Assembly (NCBI GenBank): GCA_963693365.1
Contig: CAVNZM010000017.1
Location: 6,066,708-6,130,707 of the forward strand
DNA from: Amoebidium appalachense
Taxonomy: Eukaryota; Protista; Ichthyosporea
Direction of reading: 5' to 3'
Length of the DNA: 64,000 bases
Part shown: one piece after another, positions 1 through 14,678 of the stretch
Position numbering within the stretch: position 1 is the first letter of the stretch
How the letters are laid out: each line of letters begins with the position of its first letter
Position numbers and translations under genes: made by a program
The notes under the pieces: generated by a model
Database searches by the model: none
What the model saw: the letters and a program-made list of their open reading frames with translations, nothing else
Told to the model about the DNA's origin: nothing

Positions 1-298
1 TGGCCCAATTTAATCATCTAGGGTTCCTGCGTTTTGGTATTTGCGTATTGTCTGGTTGATTCCGTCGGGTTCTTACGACTCTCTCTCTCAGTACTCGAGA
101 CGTTGTAATTATACCTACCCCCCCCCCCCCCCCCCCCCCCCTCCTCCCTTCTCCACGGCTCAAAGAAAAGAAGAAGAAAAGAGAAAAGGGGGGGGGGGGG
201 GGGGAGAAGAGTGGGAGGGAAGAAGGGAGTGAGATAGAAAGGGAGATATAGAGAGAGAGAGAGGGAGCATTGCACATGTCTGACACTTTTTCCACCAG

Positions 299-395
299 TG
301 CTTGCATGGTGTCAGCTGTGCCGGCAGAGAGTCCCGGAGGCCGATCTCGAACGACACATGGTGGCCTGTCTATTTCCCAAAGGATACAACGGTTG

Positions 396-473
<78 letters not shown>

Positions 474-490
474 CCCCACCACCTCCCCCC

Positions 491-526
<36 letters not shown>

Positions 527-704
527 ACTCCCATCCCCTTACACACACACACACCTTCACCACCAAACAAGCGCGCATGCGCACGCGCGCACACACACAC
601 ACACACACATACATTCCACACTACCCCATGCCCTAAATAGGCTGTAGAGTGGTGTCTTCCTGTTAACTGCTGGTCCCCGCGCCCACCTCCCGTCCCCCCC
701 CCCT

Positions 705-735
<31 letters not shown>

Positions 736-1155
736 TCCCTCCTTTTCCCTTTGAAAAAGAAAAAAGGTTTGCATTAATGCCCAGTCAGCCTGACGTAAAC
801 AGTGAGCCTTTTTTTGAATGTTGGCAGGCGGTTGGTGTCCCCCTCAATGCCCCGGGGGGTTTCATGTGCATTTCGATTGGTGTACACGTGCACACAGTAT
901 GTAGCGGGATACAAGCTGGGGTGTTGGGCCCAACCTCAAATTAGCGTCATAATGACGTCATATTCACCGTGAACTTACACTGCGAAATTCCGGCACTTGC
1001 GTTGGTAATATCTAGTCATTCGTGCCACGGACCTTCATTGAACGTTTACCTGCTGCCGGAGGTTCTTTTGAGCCGGTGTGTTTGTTTGTGGACTCGTGCT
1101 GTCTGAAACTACATCTGGTGACTCGTCCCATCTTCTTACATTCTGGCCATGCATG

Positions 1156-1203
<48 letters not shown>

Positions 1204-1699
1204 GACCATCCTTGAGCGCTCCCTTGAGTCCGAGTGCCCCATCTGTCTGGAGGAATTTGAGCGGGGCCAGGCTTTGGCCCGCCTGCCCTGCATGTGCACA
1301 TACCATAAATGGTAATACCCCCTAAAGAATACACTCCTCACAATATTTGTGGGCTATTGTGCAAAACAAAATAATAAAAAACACTACTATCTGCTTTCAT
1401 TCTCGGTTTTTCCACCAAAGGACACATTTTTTTTATTTTATTTTTTTTGACGCAACCATGCATACCTACCAGGAATGGCAAAGTCCCCACCAAATCACAT
1501 CCACCATAGACGGTAATTCTACCTGCATTTTGAATGGTAATACTTTACCAAATAAAAAATGAACTTTATGTGCAGCAACACAACCTTAGCGCACGCACCT
1601 ACAAGAATTTGGCAATATTCTCAGCACATAACACGCTGTAGGCTACTGAAATTGCTTGTTTTCCCCCCATCGAAAGAAACACCCCTAGTCTATATTGAG

Positions 1700-1730
<31 letters not shown>

Positions 1731-1999
1731 CGCCTGCCCGCAGCTGGCACACACACAAATTCTCGTACTATGGATGGATGTGTCTCACACCACCCACCAA
1801 ATGACCATCAAAGACCGGCTTTACCTTGTGGTTTTGATAGTTCAGAATAGTTCTTAATATGTGGGATACTTTATGTGTGGGCTTTATAAGCGGATGTAGT
1901 TTGTTTGGGTGTTTTTCTCTATTTTGGTTACTCAGAACACAGCCACTAACCCCAATGCTAATCGCACACGCACGCGCGGGGGCACACGCACACGCACAC

Positions 2000-2061
<62 letters not shown>

Positions 2062-2135
2062 GGTGCCTCAGTTCTTGGTGGGTTCGCCAGCAATGCTGTC
2101 CCCTCCATACCGATTTGCCTGCCACTGACGACTGA
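299..2135 (+). CDS. ZNRF1/ZNRF2-like RING-H2 E3 ubiquitin ligase, last three exons (5' part lies upstream of the window)
   Basis: Exons 299-391, 1203-1311 and 2063-2135 have GT-AG boundaries and compatible phases. Joined protein: LAWCQLCRQRVPEADLERHMVACLFPKGYN-VTILERSLESECPICLEEFERGQALARLPCMCTYHKW-CLSSWWVRQQCCPLHTDLPATDD*. This is a CxxC..H...C zinc finger followed by a RING-H2 with ARLPCxCxYH, the ZNRF architecture. Confidence 0.88.
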
Positions 2136-3581
2136 ACGAGGCAAAATCTCTTCCCAATCAATTTCAAACCCTGGTGTGCGTCGATGTGGCAAATACTTCT
2201 ACCTTCCAGCTGGGCTTAGAGCCAGGACTTGAAAAAGTGGTGTGTCTAATTGATGCACGAGTGTACATATTTCGGGTAACACACCCTCGCCTTACATAAT
2301 TTGAAGGTTCGCGCACGCGTTACACTCGACTCTATTGGCAGGTGACTGCTTTTTCTTTTTCCTTTTTCCTTTTTTGTTTTTTCTAATGATGGTGTTCGCC
2401 AACGCGCGTGTACCTCATTTTGCTGATGGCGAGTGCTGTTAATAGCTCCATTTGAATCACAAGGGGACAGACATTCCTTTCACTAAATCCACATTTTCAT
2501 AAGGACGCGTTCACCAAATCCCTGATCAAGAATTGTGATTCGGTAAACGGGTGATGAAAGTGAATACCTTTTTTGATACTGTCGATAGATGACTTTTCTC
2601 ATGTTTTGATTGTCAATGAGTCTGTTGGCTTGGGAGACATGCATGCTAGGTTGACCATTCTCGGGTAATCTTTTTTTTAATGGTTGTTGGTGTCGCAAGA
2701 TGGTGTATTGTAATCAATTAAGTAATGGCTGGTGATTTGTGTGTCTACAAGTAGGATGATAACTTGGTGGACATGGCAAGAGTTCATATTATGCATGCTA
2801 TATCCCTCCCGGCATATCATTATCATTTTATCGTATGGTGCCTTGTTTTTATGGACTGTAGATGATACCAGTTTTGTACAGAAGAAAGTCTTGATTAGAA
2901 AGTTCGTCAATAAAAAATGATCGGAAGGTGGAATTATGTTTTTGGTTCTAATCACATTCCCCCCCATGTGCATGTGTGTGTGTGCGCACACACACGCGCG
3001 CGCGCACCACACACGAACATGTTCGCATCTGCACACAATAAAAAGTGTATGCTCACAGTCGTGCACTGTAGTCTACGTACACCAGCTGCACACACGTGTG
3101 TAACGTGTGCATGCACGTACACGCGCGCGCGACGTACGCAAATTGGAGGAATGTGACCACATGCACTAGGAGGCATGTGCAGATACGCACTGCACACATA
3201 CATTCATTAATGGCCACTTGCTGTGCCAAGAATATCTGTGCGTACATAATCTTACTCTTTTGTTTGTTTTATAAAACTTTTTTTTTTTGGCCCGCAAAAC
3301 TTCCAGCCCAAATATCTATACTTGGCTAATCGTGCGATCGCGCGAAAATCATTGGTTCATACATAAGCTTTTTGAGTATCCTCCATTCTTTTCAGTACGT
3401 TGAGGTTACTGCAAGTCCTTTTAACCCCAATCAGTAGTGGTGGGCCTTTCGCCATCGTTTACTTCAAGTACTTGCTGCTCGGGGACCCGGAAGGGGGAGT
3501 CTTGAGGGGCGTGTGGTGGTGGTCACCCGGGTGGTGTGCGTGTCTGCGTGCGTGCGTGCGTGCGTGCGTGTGTGTCAGTCA

Positions 3582-3612
<31 letters not shown>

Positions 3613-3658
3613 TACATGTGTGTGTGTGTGTATGTGTGTGTGTGTGTGTCTGTTTTTT

Positions 3659-3693
<35 letters not shown>

Positions 3694-3833
3694 GGGGATT
3701 CAACGGACATTTGTACACTGTGTGTGCGGGTGTGCATGAGCGGGAGCTCGAGGCAAAGGGTGGCGGAAAAAGGAAGTGGGGTGGCCATTCTTCGCCTTCT
3801 TTTCAATAGTATAGCAGCCCGGGGGGAGGGGGA

Positions 3834-3864
<31 letters not shown>

Positions 3865-4265
3865 TATTCGGGACGAATTCATGAAGCCTGTTGACCTCTA
3901 AGGGCCGCCCATTACAGGCGGCTTTCCCCTCCAAAAGAGACAAAGAAAACCGTTTGCGGGGTTGCAAGTTTGGGACTGCTATCGGGGGCAGTGCACCTGC
4001 ACCGTGTGCATGCTGTGTGCTGTATCTTAGTAATGTGAATTTGAATGTGAGGGCCTATTCATCCTGGGGTTTCAGAGCTCAAGATCGAAGATGGAGAATA
4101 GGGGAGGCCTTTTTTGTTTTTGTTTTTTCGGGGGCAGGGGGGGGGGGGGGGGGGGAGGGGGGGGGGGGTCTCTTGTGTTCATATGGTTTCAAAGATGGAG
4201 CCGCTGTACGTAGCAGCTGAAGCAGTACTGGGGAAGTTTGCTTTCGGAGTGGGGGAGAGGGGGAA

Positions 4266-4316
<51 letters not shown>

Positions 4317-4771
4317 CTGGGCTGATCGAAGGGTAGGGAGCTCGAGGAGGGAGGGGAGAGGGAAGAATCTGTTAACAGTTCCTCCCCCCCCCCCCCCCCC
4401 CCCCCCCTCCCCCCCCCCCCCGGAGCCCATGATGCCAAACACTGGTTACTTAACTAGGCCGTGGCTTGCAATTGGACACTAAAAATATCAATGCCCATAA
4501 TAGTCTTGGATGTGTGCACATTCACACATGCATTCATGCACACACATATCCGCTGTAACACACAGGCGCGCGCACACACACACATAATGACTCGGCTGAC
4601 TCGGGCAAACAAACACACACACAACACCCACGCTGTCACCGAGCAGGCGCTCAAGGCGCACATAAATGTGCCCTCAAATCCGTATGAAACTCACACACAC
4701 ACTCAACTCAGACAATCAAACATGCACACACTCGCGCACTCTCGCACACCCCGTGCCCCCCCCTTCCTGCC

Positions 4772-5976
4772 TTTTTTTAATTTTTTAATTTTTAATTTTA
4801 TTTTATCACGTTTTGTTCCCGGAGGGCCTTTTCAGGCCCTCTAGGGAAACTACCGTCTACCACACAGCACCGACAGTACACTAGTTAAGGTGCTATCTAT
4901 GAGTTCAGCTAAGCTAAATTATCCTTCACAACCTAACTATAAGTACACACTTTGCCCAGGGCTACTACCCCAGCCACGCCGGCAGGAGGCTCCAGTCCTC
5001 CCCTCCATTCAAAACCTAGCAATAAACGTTAAGCGAGGGCTCTCATTGGTCGATCTACAGTATTGGGAAGTCCTAAGTGTTGTGTATAGTATTTACGGTG
5101 GGTATGGGTGGATGATGGGGTGTGGTGGTGGTGGGGGGGGGGGGGGGGGGGTTGCTGCCTAACATTATGTGTTGTTGTATGTATGTTGTGGCGATGTTTT
5201 TGTGGACTAAAAGGTGGGTTTTACAGGGCACACTGGGTCTGTGTATGTTCCGGCAGTCAGAACAGGCTGGCCGGGTGTGTGTGGGGGGTGTATTTGTTGG
5301 TGTCTTGGGTTTTTGGGGAGCCATACTTTTCTTTCTACGGGTAGTGGGTATGTGGTGGTGTTTTTGCATTTTGGGGTGGGTGGGGAAGAGTGTTGTGTTC
5401 CGTGGTTGCCAAATTTTTGAAAAGAAAAAGGACTGCAACTCTACTGTGATTTTTCCTAAGATGGCCCGGGTGGTGGTCTTGGTGGTGCCGGTGGCTGCAA
5501 GTAGTGGGCCCACCGATCGTGGGCAGAATCCCCGTTCGACCCACTTGATGTCTTCGGGGTCTGGTGGGTCACCGTTGCATCCTATCCAGTTTATCCATGC
5601 ACATTGGTCTACCACCGTGGCTGCCGTATGGTGGTGCTGTGCCGTGGGGGTGTTTGGATGACGAGTGTGCAGGACGTTGTGGATGCAGGCTGTGATGGCC
5701 GTGGTCAGGGTGGGGACCTCCCCGGCATGGGCCGGGCAGGCACAGAGGTTGGTGGTGGTCTCAGGGTGCTGGCTGCACCGGGGGCATGTGGGCATGTGAT
5801 CTCGGTGTAGCCGTGTCATGGTAGGCAGGGTGCCCATGGCCAGGGACAGGCTACGAATGTTGCCTCTGACGGCCCCGATGGTTGCCTGTGCGGGCCCCTT
5901 GTTGAGCTTGAGGGGTTCCGTTCGGCTGGGAGCAGTCTGGGGTCGGCTAGTATGGACATAGCCTTGGTCTTGCCGG
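4772..5976 (-). mobile_element. 5'-truncated non-LTR retrotransposon (LINE 3' end) with target-site duplication
   Basis: Direct repeat cccccccttcctgcc at 4757-4771 and 5977-5991. The minus-strand frame is open from 5976 to 5073 and carries ORF2 C-terminal motifs (LPTMTRL..CPRCSQHPET..LCAC, IWQPRN). It is followed by a ~270-nt 3' UTR, a terminal hairpin (4815-4850) and an A-rich (TAAAA)n-like tail at 4772-4805. Confidence 0.85.
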
Positions 5977-6389
5977 CCCCCCCTTCCTGCCTGCCGAGTC
6001 TCTTTCCGTTTCCTCACTTTCCCCCCATCTGGCTGGCACGTACACGTGGATATGCACATCGCAAGCAACACACAGCATGTACACGATTTGCTACGTAGTA
6101 TACATACACACACACACATCTCACGGAAGATACACTGTGACATATACACCCGTTTGTGTGATTGCCGATGTAATGTTACCCGCGTCAAAAATTCGAAGAA
6201 TTGATATCAATAATGGATGGCGGCAAGGGAGAGAGCAGTGTTTGGCCCGAAGGGAGGGGGGGAGGAGGGGGGGGGATTCATGACGGAGGAAACCACCCCC
6301 CCCCCCGCCCCCCCCAGGACCCCCCTTCCCGACCCTCAAAGAGGGAGGGGGCGACACCCACACCCCCAGTAGTACGGTTAGCTTTGCGA

Positions 6390-6423
<34 letters not shown>

Positions 6424-6879
6424 TTCCCCTCCTCGGGGCCTTCAAGAGTTCCCAACGTGACATGAGCAGCTACTGATAACCACACACACAACATGAATTA
6501 AACACAACACATCGACGAAATTCCGACATCGAGATCACCACTCTGCAGCTCATTGTTAAGGTGAAATCCAAAGACATAAAACACCATCACTGCATGCCAC
6601 CTCCAAGGTGTGAATCACGTTTATTGTAACCCCTGGTGCTGCCGCTTAGAGAAAAATGTGTACAAGCACAATATGCAATAACACAATCAATGCTCACGAA
6701 TGTCTGTCGACAAATGACTCCATTATTTCCTAGGGGAAAAACACAGAGACCGTGTCATCGGGCGCCCTGTGGTGTACAGACAGACAGATCTCTTAGTATC
6801 ATAGTTGAACAGAAGTAGAGCTTTCACGTGTGCATGCATGAAGTCGAGTCACCATGTATGGCGTATGTGTGTGCGTGTG

Positions 6880-6897
6880 CGCGCGCGCATGTGCGAC

Positions 6898-6937
<40 letters not shown>

Positions 6938-6982
6938 GCATGGGTGTGTATATACACTATTCTGACACAGTCACACGTAAAT

Positions 6983-7028
<46 letters not shown>

Positions 7029-7169
7029 ACACACACACACACAAGCACACACACACACACGTGCACACACTGCACACACATTCGCACGCACGCACACACG
7101 TGCACACACACGAGCACACACATTCGCACGCACACACACAAACAGTGTCACACACACACACACGCACAC

Positions 7170-7206
<37 letters not shown>

Positions 7207-7300
7207 CACACACACACACACACACACACACAACGCGCGCACACACATACGCACGACCGCACACATGAACACACACACAGACAGTTACACACATGCACAC
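6880..7300. repeat. (GT)n then long degenerate (CA)n microsatellite block
   Basis: Direct reading of the dinucleotide arrays. Confidence 0.9.
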
Positions 7301-8288
7301 GCGCACTTTAACTGCACAGAGGCACCGTGGCAGTGCCACACATCCATATTTTATGCGCACTTAAACGCAACCAAAGTGAGAAAACAACGGGCCCCCCGGG
7401 CATATGGGAAACAACACCTGGCCTTATCCACAAAAATGGCTTGTTTTTTTTTTCTTCTAAGAAACCTTCTTAATATTAACGGACCACCAATTGCAAGCAC
7501 AGCTTTTCTCTTACAAACTCAGGCAAATCGTTAGATATCGATTGTGGCAGCGCACAACACACATCACGAAAATGCACAATTTCTGATACAACCACACAAG
7601 CTGCACAAAAAGGCAGCCCCCCTTTCACTATGACCTTTCAAACCAAACGCAACAGCCATTTTTTGCTTTCACATGTTGATGAGTTTTGCTACATATTGCC
7701 CTGAGCGTTACCTTTTGCTCCCCGGTTGAAATTCGTACATATGCCAAAATCGGATCTGACGGAGCGTTCGACAGCCTTGCATGTACAATCATCGCAAAAT
7801 AAAAGTTTAGTGCGCTGGAATGCAAAAAACGTTTTCTTGCCATAATTTGTCCTTCGTTTACCGCGAGCACATCCCGATATAGGGCATCGTCCTTCCGGTC
7901 CGTAACACAATTCATATGCTTGAGCGTGTGACAATTTTTTTGATTTGATCCCTAAGCAATATTATATACACATGTTTCATTTCTTGTGTTGAGCTCTTTT
8001 CTGTGCTTTTTTGTGTTGTTTTGACTGCCGCTGCCTGAGCGATCTGGAAAATTTAAGACAACCAATGGAAGACAGAACGATTTATTACTGGAATGTGGCA
8101 CTTGGAAACTTTGGAATGTCCACAAGACTAACCAATCGCAATATTTCAATAAATAATTCCATAAATTAATTCCAGCACTTTCCACGCGCCCCAGTAACAA
8201 ACACATTTCCAGCGGGCGGGTTTTTTTTTTTGCGTGCATATTACGCAGGTGGATTCATAATCCCATTATATAATGAAAATATAAATGC

Positions 8289-8321
<33 letters not shown>

Positions 8322-8808
8322 TATTTTATTGCATAGGTATTAGTTGATGGTGTGATCATGATGCGCCACATTCCTCATGAAAGTGCACTTCTTGAAAGTG
8401 AACTTCCCCTTGCACCTCTTGATTGGGTAATTATCATGTCCTCTTTCTCACCGCATGTGCCTCGCTGTACACTGACCGGCTCGTTTTCTTGACTTTCAGT
8501 TTAAACTTTCACCCCCCTGCACTGCACTCTCACGCCATGCCACGAGAGCATGCACTTTCTCGCCGTGTCCTTCTACTTCCTTCCAAAACACCCCTTTATT
8601 TCCTTTTTGCCGTTTGAGAGACAAGACACACATTCACGCATTCTCCCCCTTATATATCTCGCTTGGCAGGGTTTGTTTAGTCCCCACGCGGGGCCAACCT
8701 CCTTTCCAAGAGCAACCCTGTTGTTTCCTCGTGGAGCCAAAAGAAAGGAGAGCGAGAGGAAGGGATCGGTTCAGGGGTGTGTATACACCCACCAAAAAAC
8801 AACCGAAA

Positions 8809-9593
8809 ATGGGTATGGTGGTGATAGAGCAAAATGTGACCGATTTCTTTAACGGTCACCAGGACCGTTTCTTCTTCATCGTGATGGTCTTTGATCTCAT
8901 GTATCCCATCGTGGCCATGGTTCAAGCAAAAATGATGGGCGCCTACCCAGGAAGAAGATTTAGGCAAACATTCGCCGACGCAACCTCAATCTATGCACAC
9001 ATCATTACTGGTTTTCTCTCGATTTACGGGTTGAGCGCGGTGTTTTTGGCCGAGAGATACGGACCGGAAAACTGTATGGACGACGCGAAGCCGTTTGTGC
9101 AGTTCATGGGTGTGTGCATGTTGATACACAGTATCACGTCGTTCTATATGCTACCCATTGTCCACGGCGAGAAGATTATCACACAGCCCCTCTATGCCGG
9201 CCAGATCTGCATCAACACTGTTGACGCCATCAACGTAAGTATGCACACACGTTGTGTGTACATGGCTGTGTTTTGCGTTATGCAACGGAGTTAGATGTCG
9301 ATTCCCTTCTTGTGGTTTTGCCGTCCTGCGTCTTTCACCTCATTAAACCCCAATACACCACGAGACGGTCTGTTGTAGCACTATTTTCCCTGTTTATTGC
9401 ACACCTTCATGCGACAACGCTCGTTTGCCTTTAGCAGCTAGATGGCATCACCACTTGCACTTGACAGAGCAAACACCCATTCTTGGGGTAAATTGAACAT
9501 GCACTTACCACTTCGATTTACAACAACGCCTACTTTGCCAAGATCACTAGACTGGGGTCTTATTGAGCATGGCTTTTTCCCTTTGCCTTCCAA

Positions 9594-9633
<40 letters not shown>

Positions 9634-10272
9634 AAAAAACCACCTACCCACCCACCCCACCTCCCACACCTACTCGTGTTTACTCACTTACTCTTTTCTA
9701 TCCATAGGCTATCCGTGATCCCACCTTCAACAACGCCATGCTACTGTATGGAGCCGTGAACGCATTCGTGTTCGTCCGCATGTTCTACATGACATTGGTG
9801 GCATACACGTACATTGACCGCAAGCTTCTCTACACGTTTGCTATTACCGCATCGTTCATCAGTCCCGTGCTTTCCGGGCATGATATGATGTGGTTGACCA
9901 TGTATGGTTTCCCCGCCATCTACGGAGTGATTGTGTTCATATACCGTTCGATACCAAGGGCGGAGACGTTTGCAAACATGCGAGAGAATCTGATGCAGGT
10001 ATGTTGAAGCGTGGCCCTGTGTCCTAGTGTCACCACGTACGTTAGTTTTGTCAATTACTATCAGTGTGGCTTCTGCTTTTTGTGACCTTCTTAGGTCATT
10101 TTTCGTGTCTGTTTTGTCTTTTTTAGCTTTTAGTGACCGTGGTCGTCAAATCACCGGCTGCACCACTCTTAGGAAGTTGAGTTTTTAGGGTGTTGCAGTT
10201 TGCCATTCTTTTTTTTTTTTTTTTTCCTTCTCTTTCTTTTTTTCTTTTCTTTTTCTTTTTTTTTTTTTTTTT

Positions 10273-10303
<31 letters not shown>

Positions 10304-11288
10304 GGGGGAGGGGGGGGGAATGGGGGAAGGGGGGGAGGTAGTACAGGGAGTGGGGGAAAAAAAAATGGGGGGGGGGGGGGGGGGGGGTTCTGTATTTGTC
10401 GATCATAGAGCTCCAACTCTCATGAGAATGCCATCTATCAGATACGGAGCACTCGTGTTTGCCCTGTAAGCACGTACACACGCTATAGGTGGTGCCCGCA
10501 CATTCACCCGCACTCCCATGCCAAGAACTACGTAGACATTTGCATATTTTTATTCATTCTTCTTGTTTTGAACCACCATGCTCTTACTTTTTAATATAGT
10601 CTTATAAATTTAGAACTTATTCCTACTTTTTTCTAGTTTGATAAATATAGAACCGGACGCTTGTACACGCAATCATAAGCAATCACACATGCCCCGTGCT
10701 CCCCCCCTCCCCTCCCCCCCCCCCCCCCCCTCCCCCCCCCCCAAACATGTAAACATGCGCATTTAGCCTAAATGATTTGCACGGGTCTACCAACGTTCCA
10801 CATCAAGTAACCAAATTATCCCAGCCTGCCCCATATTATCATTCCCACCCCCATGTCCCAGCTCCCACCCCTTCAACCGTTTTACGCTCACACTTGTTAC
10901 CCCCCTCCCCTACCCCCCCTACCCCCCCAAACGCACACAAACCGCCACTCTTCCTGGTTTAATAGGTGATCTACATAGCAATCGCGTCCCCTAGATATAT
11001 TTAAGTACTGTGACATTGATACAAAGCCTTTTAACCAATCAGACACCGGATGGTGGCAAGAAGAGAATTGATGTTCCGACCCCACCCCCTACGGCCATGG
11101 TGTATGATATTGGGGAGGATTTGGGCAGCGACATAAATACGGCGCCTGGTGGTGATCCGGCCGAACAATCCCCTTGGGCCCCTCATGATCGCATTGGAGA
11201 TGACACGGACAGTATTCTGAGCAATCAGCCGGTGGTGACGGCACAGGTATGTGAGTACGTGTGTGTGTACGTGTGTGTGTGTGTGTAC

Positions 11289-11319
<31 letters not shown>

Positions 11320-11459
11320 TGTGTGTATGTTAATGTGTGTGCTGTGTGTGTGCATGTATGGTGGTGTGTGTGTGTGGTTGTAGCGTGTGTGTGCACAGTG
11401 TGTGTTTAACGGATGGTGGTTATAACAACAGAGGCTATAGTGTGTCTATAAACGGGACG

Positions 11460-11490
<31 letters not shown>

Positions 11491-11936
11491 GGGAGGGGGG
11501 GGAGGGGGGGATAGCAAGACAGTGTTTCGAGGGAGAAAGGACATCCAGCCGGGGTCATGCAAACACGATGGAGGGGGTGGGAGGGGGCAGGGGAAATAAT
11601 GTAGCTTATGGTTTCAGTGGAATCAGAGAGGTAGGCACAGGTTGTTGCACGAATACCTACACTAGCACACATGTGGTGTCATTAGTGTGAACATCGTGTT
11701 TTGTATAGAGATACAGAGATCTTTGCTATGTGTTGTTGGACCCTCCCCTCCCCTCCCTCCTCCACCCCCCCCCCCCCCCCCCCCCCAACACACACACACA
11801 CACTACCCTCATGGCTCAGCACTGCGCTGCTCTGCGCTACTTTACTTTGAGCCACACACAACAACACACACGCGGACACGGGTGCGCACGCCCGCTCGCG
11901 CGCACACGCACACACACACACACACACCATGTCTTC

Positions 11937-11972
<36 letters not shown>

Positions 11973-13824
11973 CCCCGCCCCCAACACACACACACATACA
12001 CACATTCTTTCCCCCAATGACCCCCCATGCACACCCCTCAACTATACGCCCAATTTTTTCACTGTCTTGTCTTCCCATCCCCACCATGATTGCAGAAACC
12101 CCCCGGAGCAGGAATTTACGACGGCCCCAACCACTATGGACCCCGCCCAATTTTCGGGAAGCCGGCCACCCGTTGCACTCTGGGAGCCGCAATTTTCTTT
12201 GGGATGATGACTATTGCTTTCATGGTGTCAACTATCACTCTGGCCATAAAGGATGTGGAGGATGGAAAATGCAGGGGGGACTATAGCGACCTGACTACTA
12301 AGGTATGGGGGTGAAGGGGCGGGGGGGGGAGGGGTTCAATGGGTTTTTGGAGTGAAATTTGCGTTGTGTGAAGTATGGCGGGATATGTATGTTCTTAGCT
12401 TTTTGTTTTTGGTAAAGGGGAGGGGGGCGGGTGGAGGAGGAGGGGAGAGAGGGGTTTGGGGGGGGGGGGGGGGGGACGTGGGAGGGAATGCAGGGGATCA
12501 TTTCAAAGCACAGATGCGTGCGTAGAAGTCGTTCTATACATTAGGTTGCCTACTGTTGTTGATTGGATTTGGACACGCATACATGCACACACAACACATG
12601 GTGCGCGCGGACTCGCTAGCTGACACCATCACCCATTTATACATGTTCCCGCATGCAACACATACACATACACACACACACACACAAACACGCACGCACA
12701 CACACAGGACCCCGTTGACTTCATCGGCATTGCCAACAACATGAGCGAGACTGACCGCGCCGCACGTGCTCAAGCTCTTGCAGCCAACCAGGTAAAGAGT
12801 TTAAATTCTTAAATTTTAGTTTTTAAATTCATGTCCCTTTCCGACCACGTAAACCCCCCGTGAGCATGAGTTTGTGTACATTTGATTGAATAATGGCTTA
12901 TATGTGCACTTTGTCAGAGCCCCTGTTTTCATAGCTATGCTTTCTATGGTGTGTTTAAGGCCCTCCGCTTTCTCCAACCGTATGCCGATTTTTCTTTCTT
13001 GTACGTTCTTTCTTTCTTTCTCTCTTATTTTTTTTGTTTTGTTTTCCCCTTCACATCTCACCATACTTTGTGACGTGTTAGCCATTCATTATTCTTGTTA
13101 AACATACCCAAAATGATACGGGTTATAAGTAAACCAGCAACACTAATTACCCAAAATGATACGGGTTATAAGTAAACCAGCAACACTAATTACCCAAAAT
13201 GATACGGGTTATAAGTAAACCAGCAACACTTTATAAGTAAACCAGCAACACTAATTACCCAAAATGATAAGGGTTATAAGTAAACCAGCAACACTAATTA
13301 CCCAAAATGATACGGGTTATAAGTAAACCAGCAACACTAATGTTACCATCATCAATAGTACCAGTACGAACAATCAAGAGCACTTGTAAGCTTCATTACT
13401 CTAGCATCAACGTCTTTCTGACACAAGACCCCCTCCCCCCTCATCCCCCCCCCCCCCCCCCCCCCCCGGGGCCCTCCCCCTACCCTACTCCCCCACTCCC
13501 CCCCCCCCCCCCCCCCCCCCCTTTCTGCGCCATGCAGGTTCTGTACCAGTTCCACCCCCGCAACCTTACAGCATTCGCAAACAAAAAAGGAAAAACTTTC
13601 CTCTTTGGTGGTGCCGGTGGTCCCGTGGGAATGGCGATGCGCGAGTTGGACAAACAGAAATTCTTTGTTGAAGAGCTTCTACCCCATCAATTGGTCTACA
13701 TTGAGCCTGCCGTGAACGCCACTTTGATGAATATCCCGAAGCTCAAGTTTGATAAGTTGACGGACTATGATCAGCTGTTCCAGTTTGGATTCCCTATGCC
13801 TAAGCAGGTGTGTGTGTGTGTGTA

Positions 13825-13864
<40 letters not shown>

Positions 13865-14146
13865 ATGTGTGTGTGTTCTTTTTTTTCTCTTTTCTTTTCT
13901 TCTCTTTTTTCTTTCTTTCGTTTGGGGGGGGGGGGGGGGGGGGGGGGATTGTTGTTGTGGGTAGAGGTGGGGGTGGGAGGGAAAATGACGTGAATGGGTG
14001 TAAGGTTGAGATGGAATTTGGGGAGGGAGGCCAGGGGGGAAGGTGGGGGGAGGGAGGGGGGTGTGTGGTGATTTTAGGGTGTGGCTATTGATATGGAACT
14101 TGGGATGGGGCTTGGGTGAATAAGCGGGTGGTGGTGGTAGGGTGGT

Positions 14147-14199
<53 letters not shown>

Positions 14200-14449
14200 A
14201 TGAGGGGGGGGGGGGGGGGGGGGGGGGGGCTTGGCAAGGAGGTGAGAGGAGATGTGTAACGGTTAGGCCCATAAGAGGGCGGGATTAGGGGGGACGGATG
14301 GGAGGGGAGGAGTGGGGGATAGGCAAATGACTTGCAATACGTACACATATGAATATATGCATACGTACTAACACACAGTCGGACACACACACATCAACCC
14401 ACACACATTTGTACACGCACCTGAACACACACACATTTCCACAAACACA

Positions 14450-14518
<69 letters not shown>

Positions 14519-14557
14519 CCCTCCCCCCCCCCACACACACACACAAACACACGTACA

Positions 14558-14592
<35 letters not shown>

Positions 14593-14631
14593 CCCCCCCC
14601 CCCCACACACACACACACACGTACACGTACA

Positions 14632-14678
<47 letters not shown>

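Noticed and set aside
2480-2950. Coding-like AT-rich stretches (also 36200-36430, 47340-47690, 53700-54000, 60000-60170)
   Set aside because: Multiple stops or no recognisable motif, and no consistent exon chain; possibly decayed repeats but not assignable.
5977-6188. N-terminal part of the 371-aa ORF
   Set aside because: It lies outside the LINE target-site duplication and is chance read-through into flanking DNA.
10966-11004. Alternative acceptor (aatag at 10965) for lipoxygenase exon 3
   Set aside because: It gives an in-frame TAA after 12 codons; the acceptor at 11042 keeps the frame open.
13104-13341. 43-bp repeat array as a CRISPR array
   Set aside because: Units are contiguous with no unique spacers, and the array is intronic in a eukaryotic gene with no cas genes.
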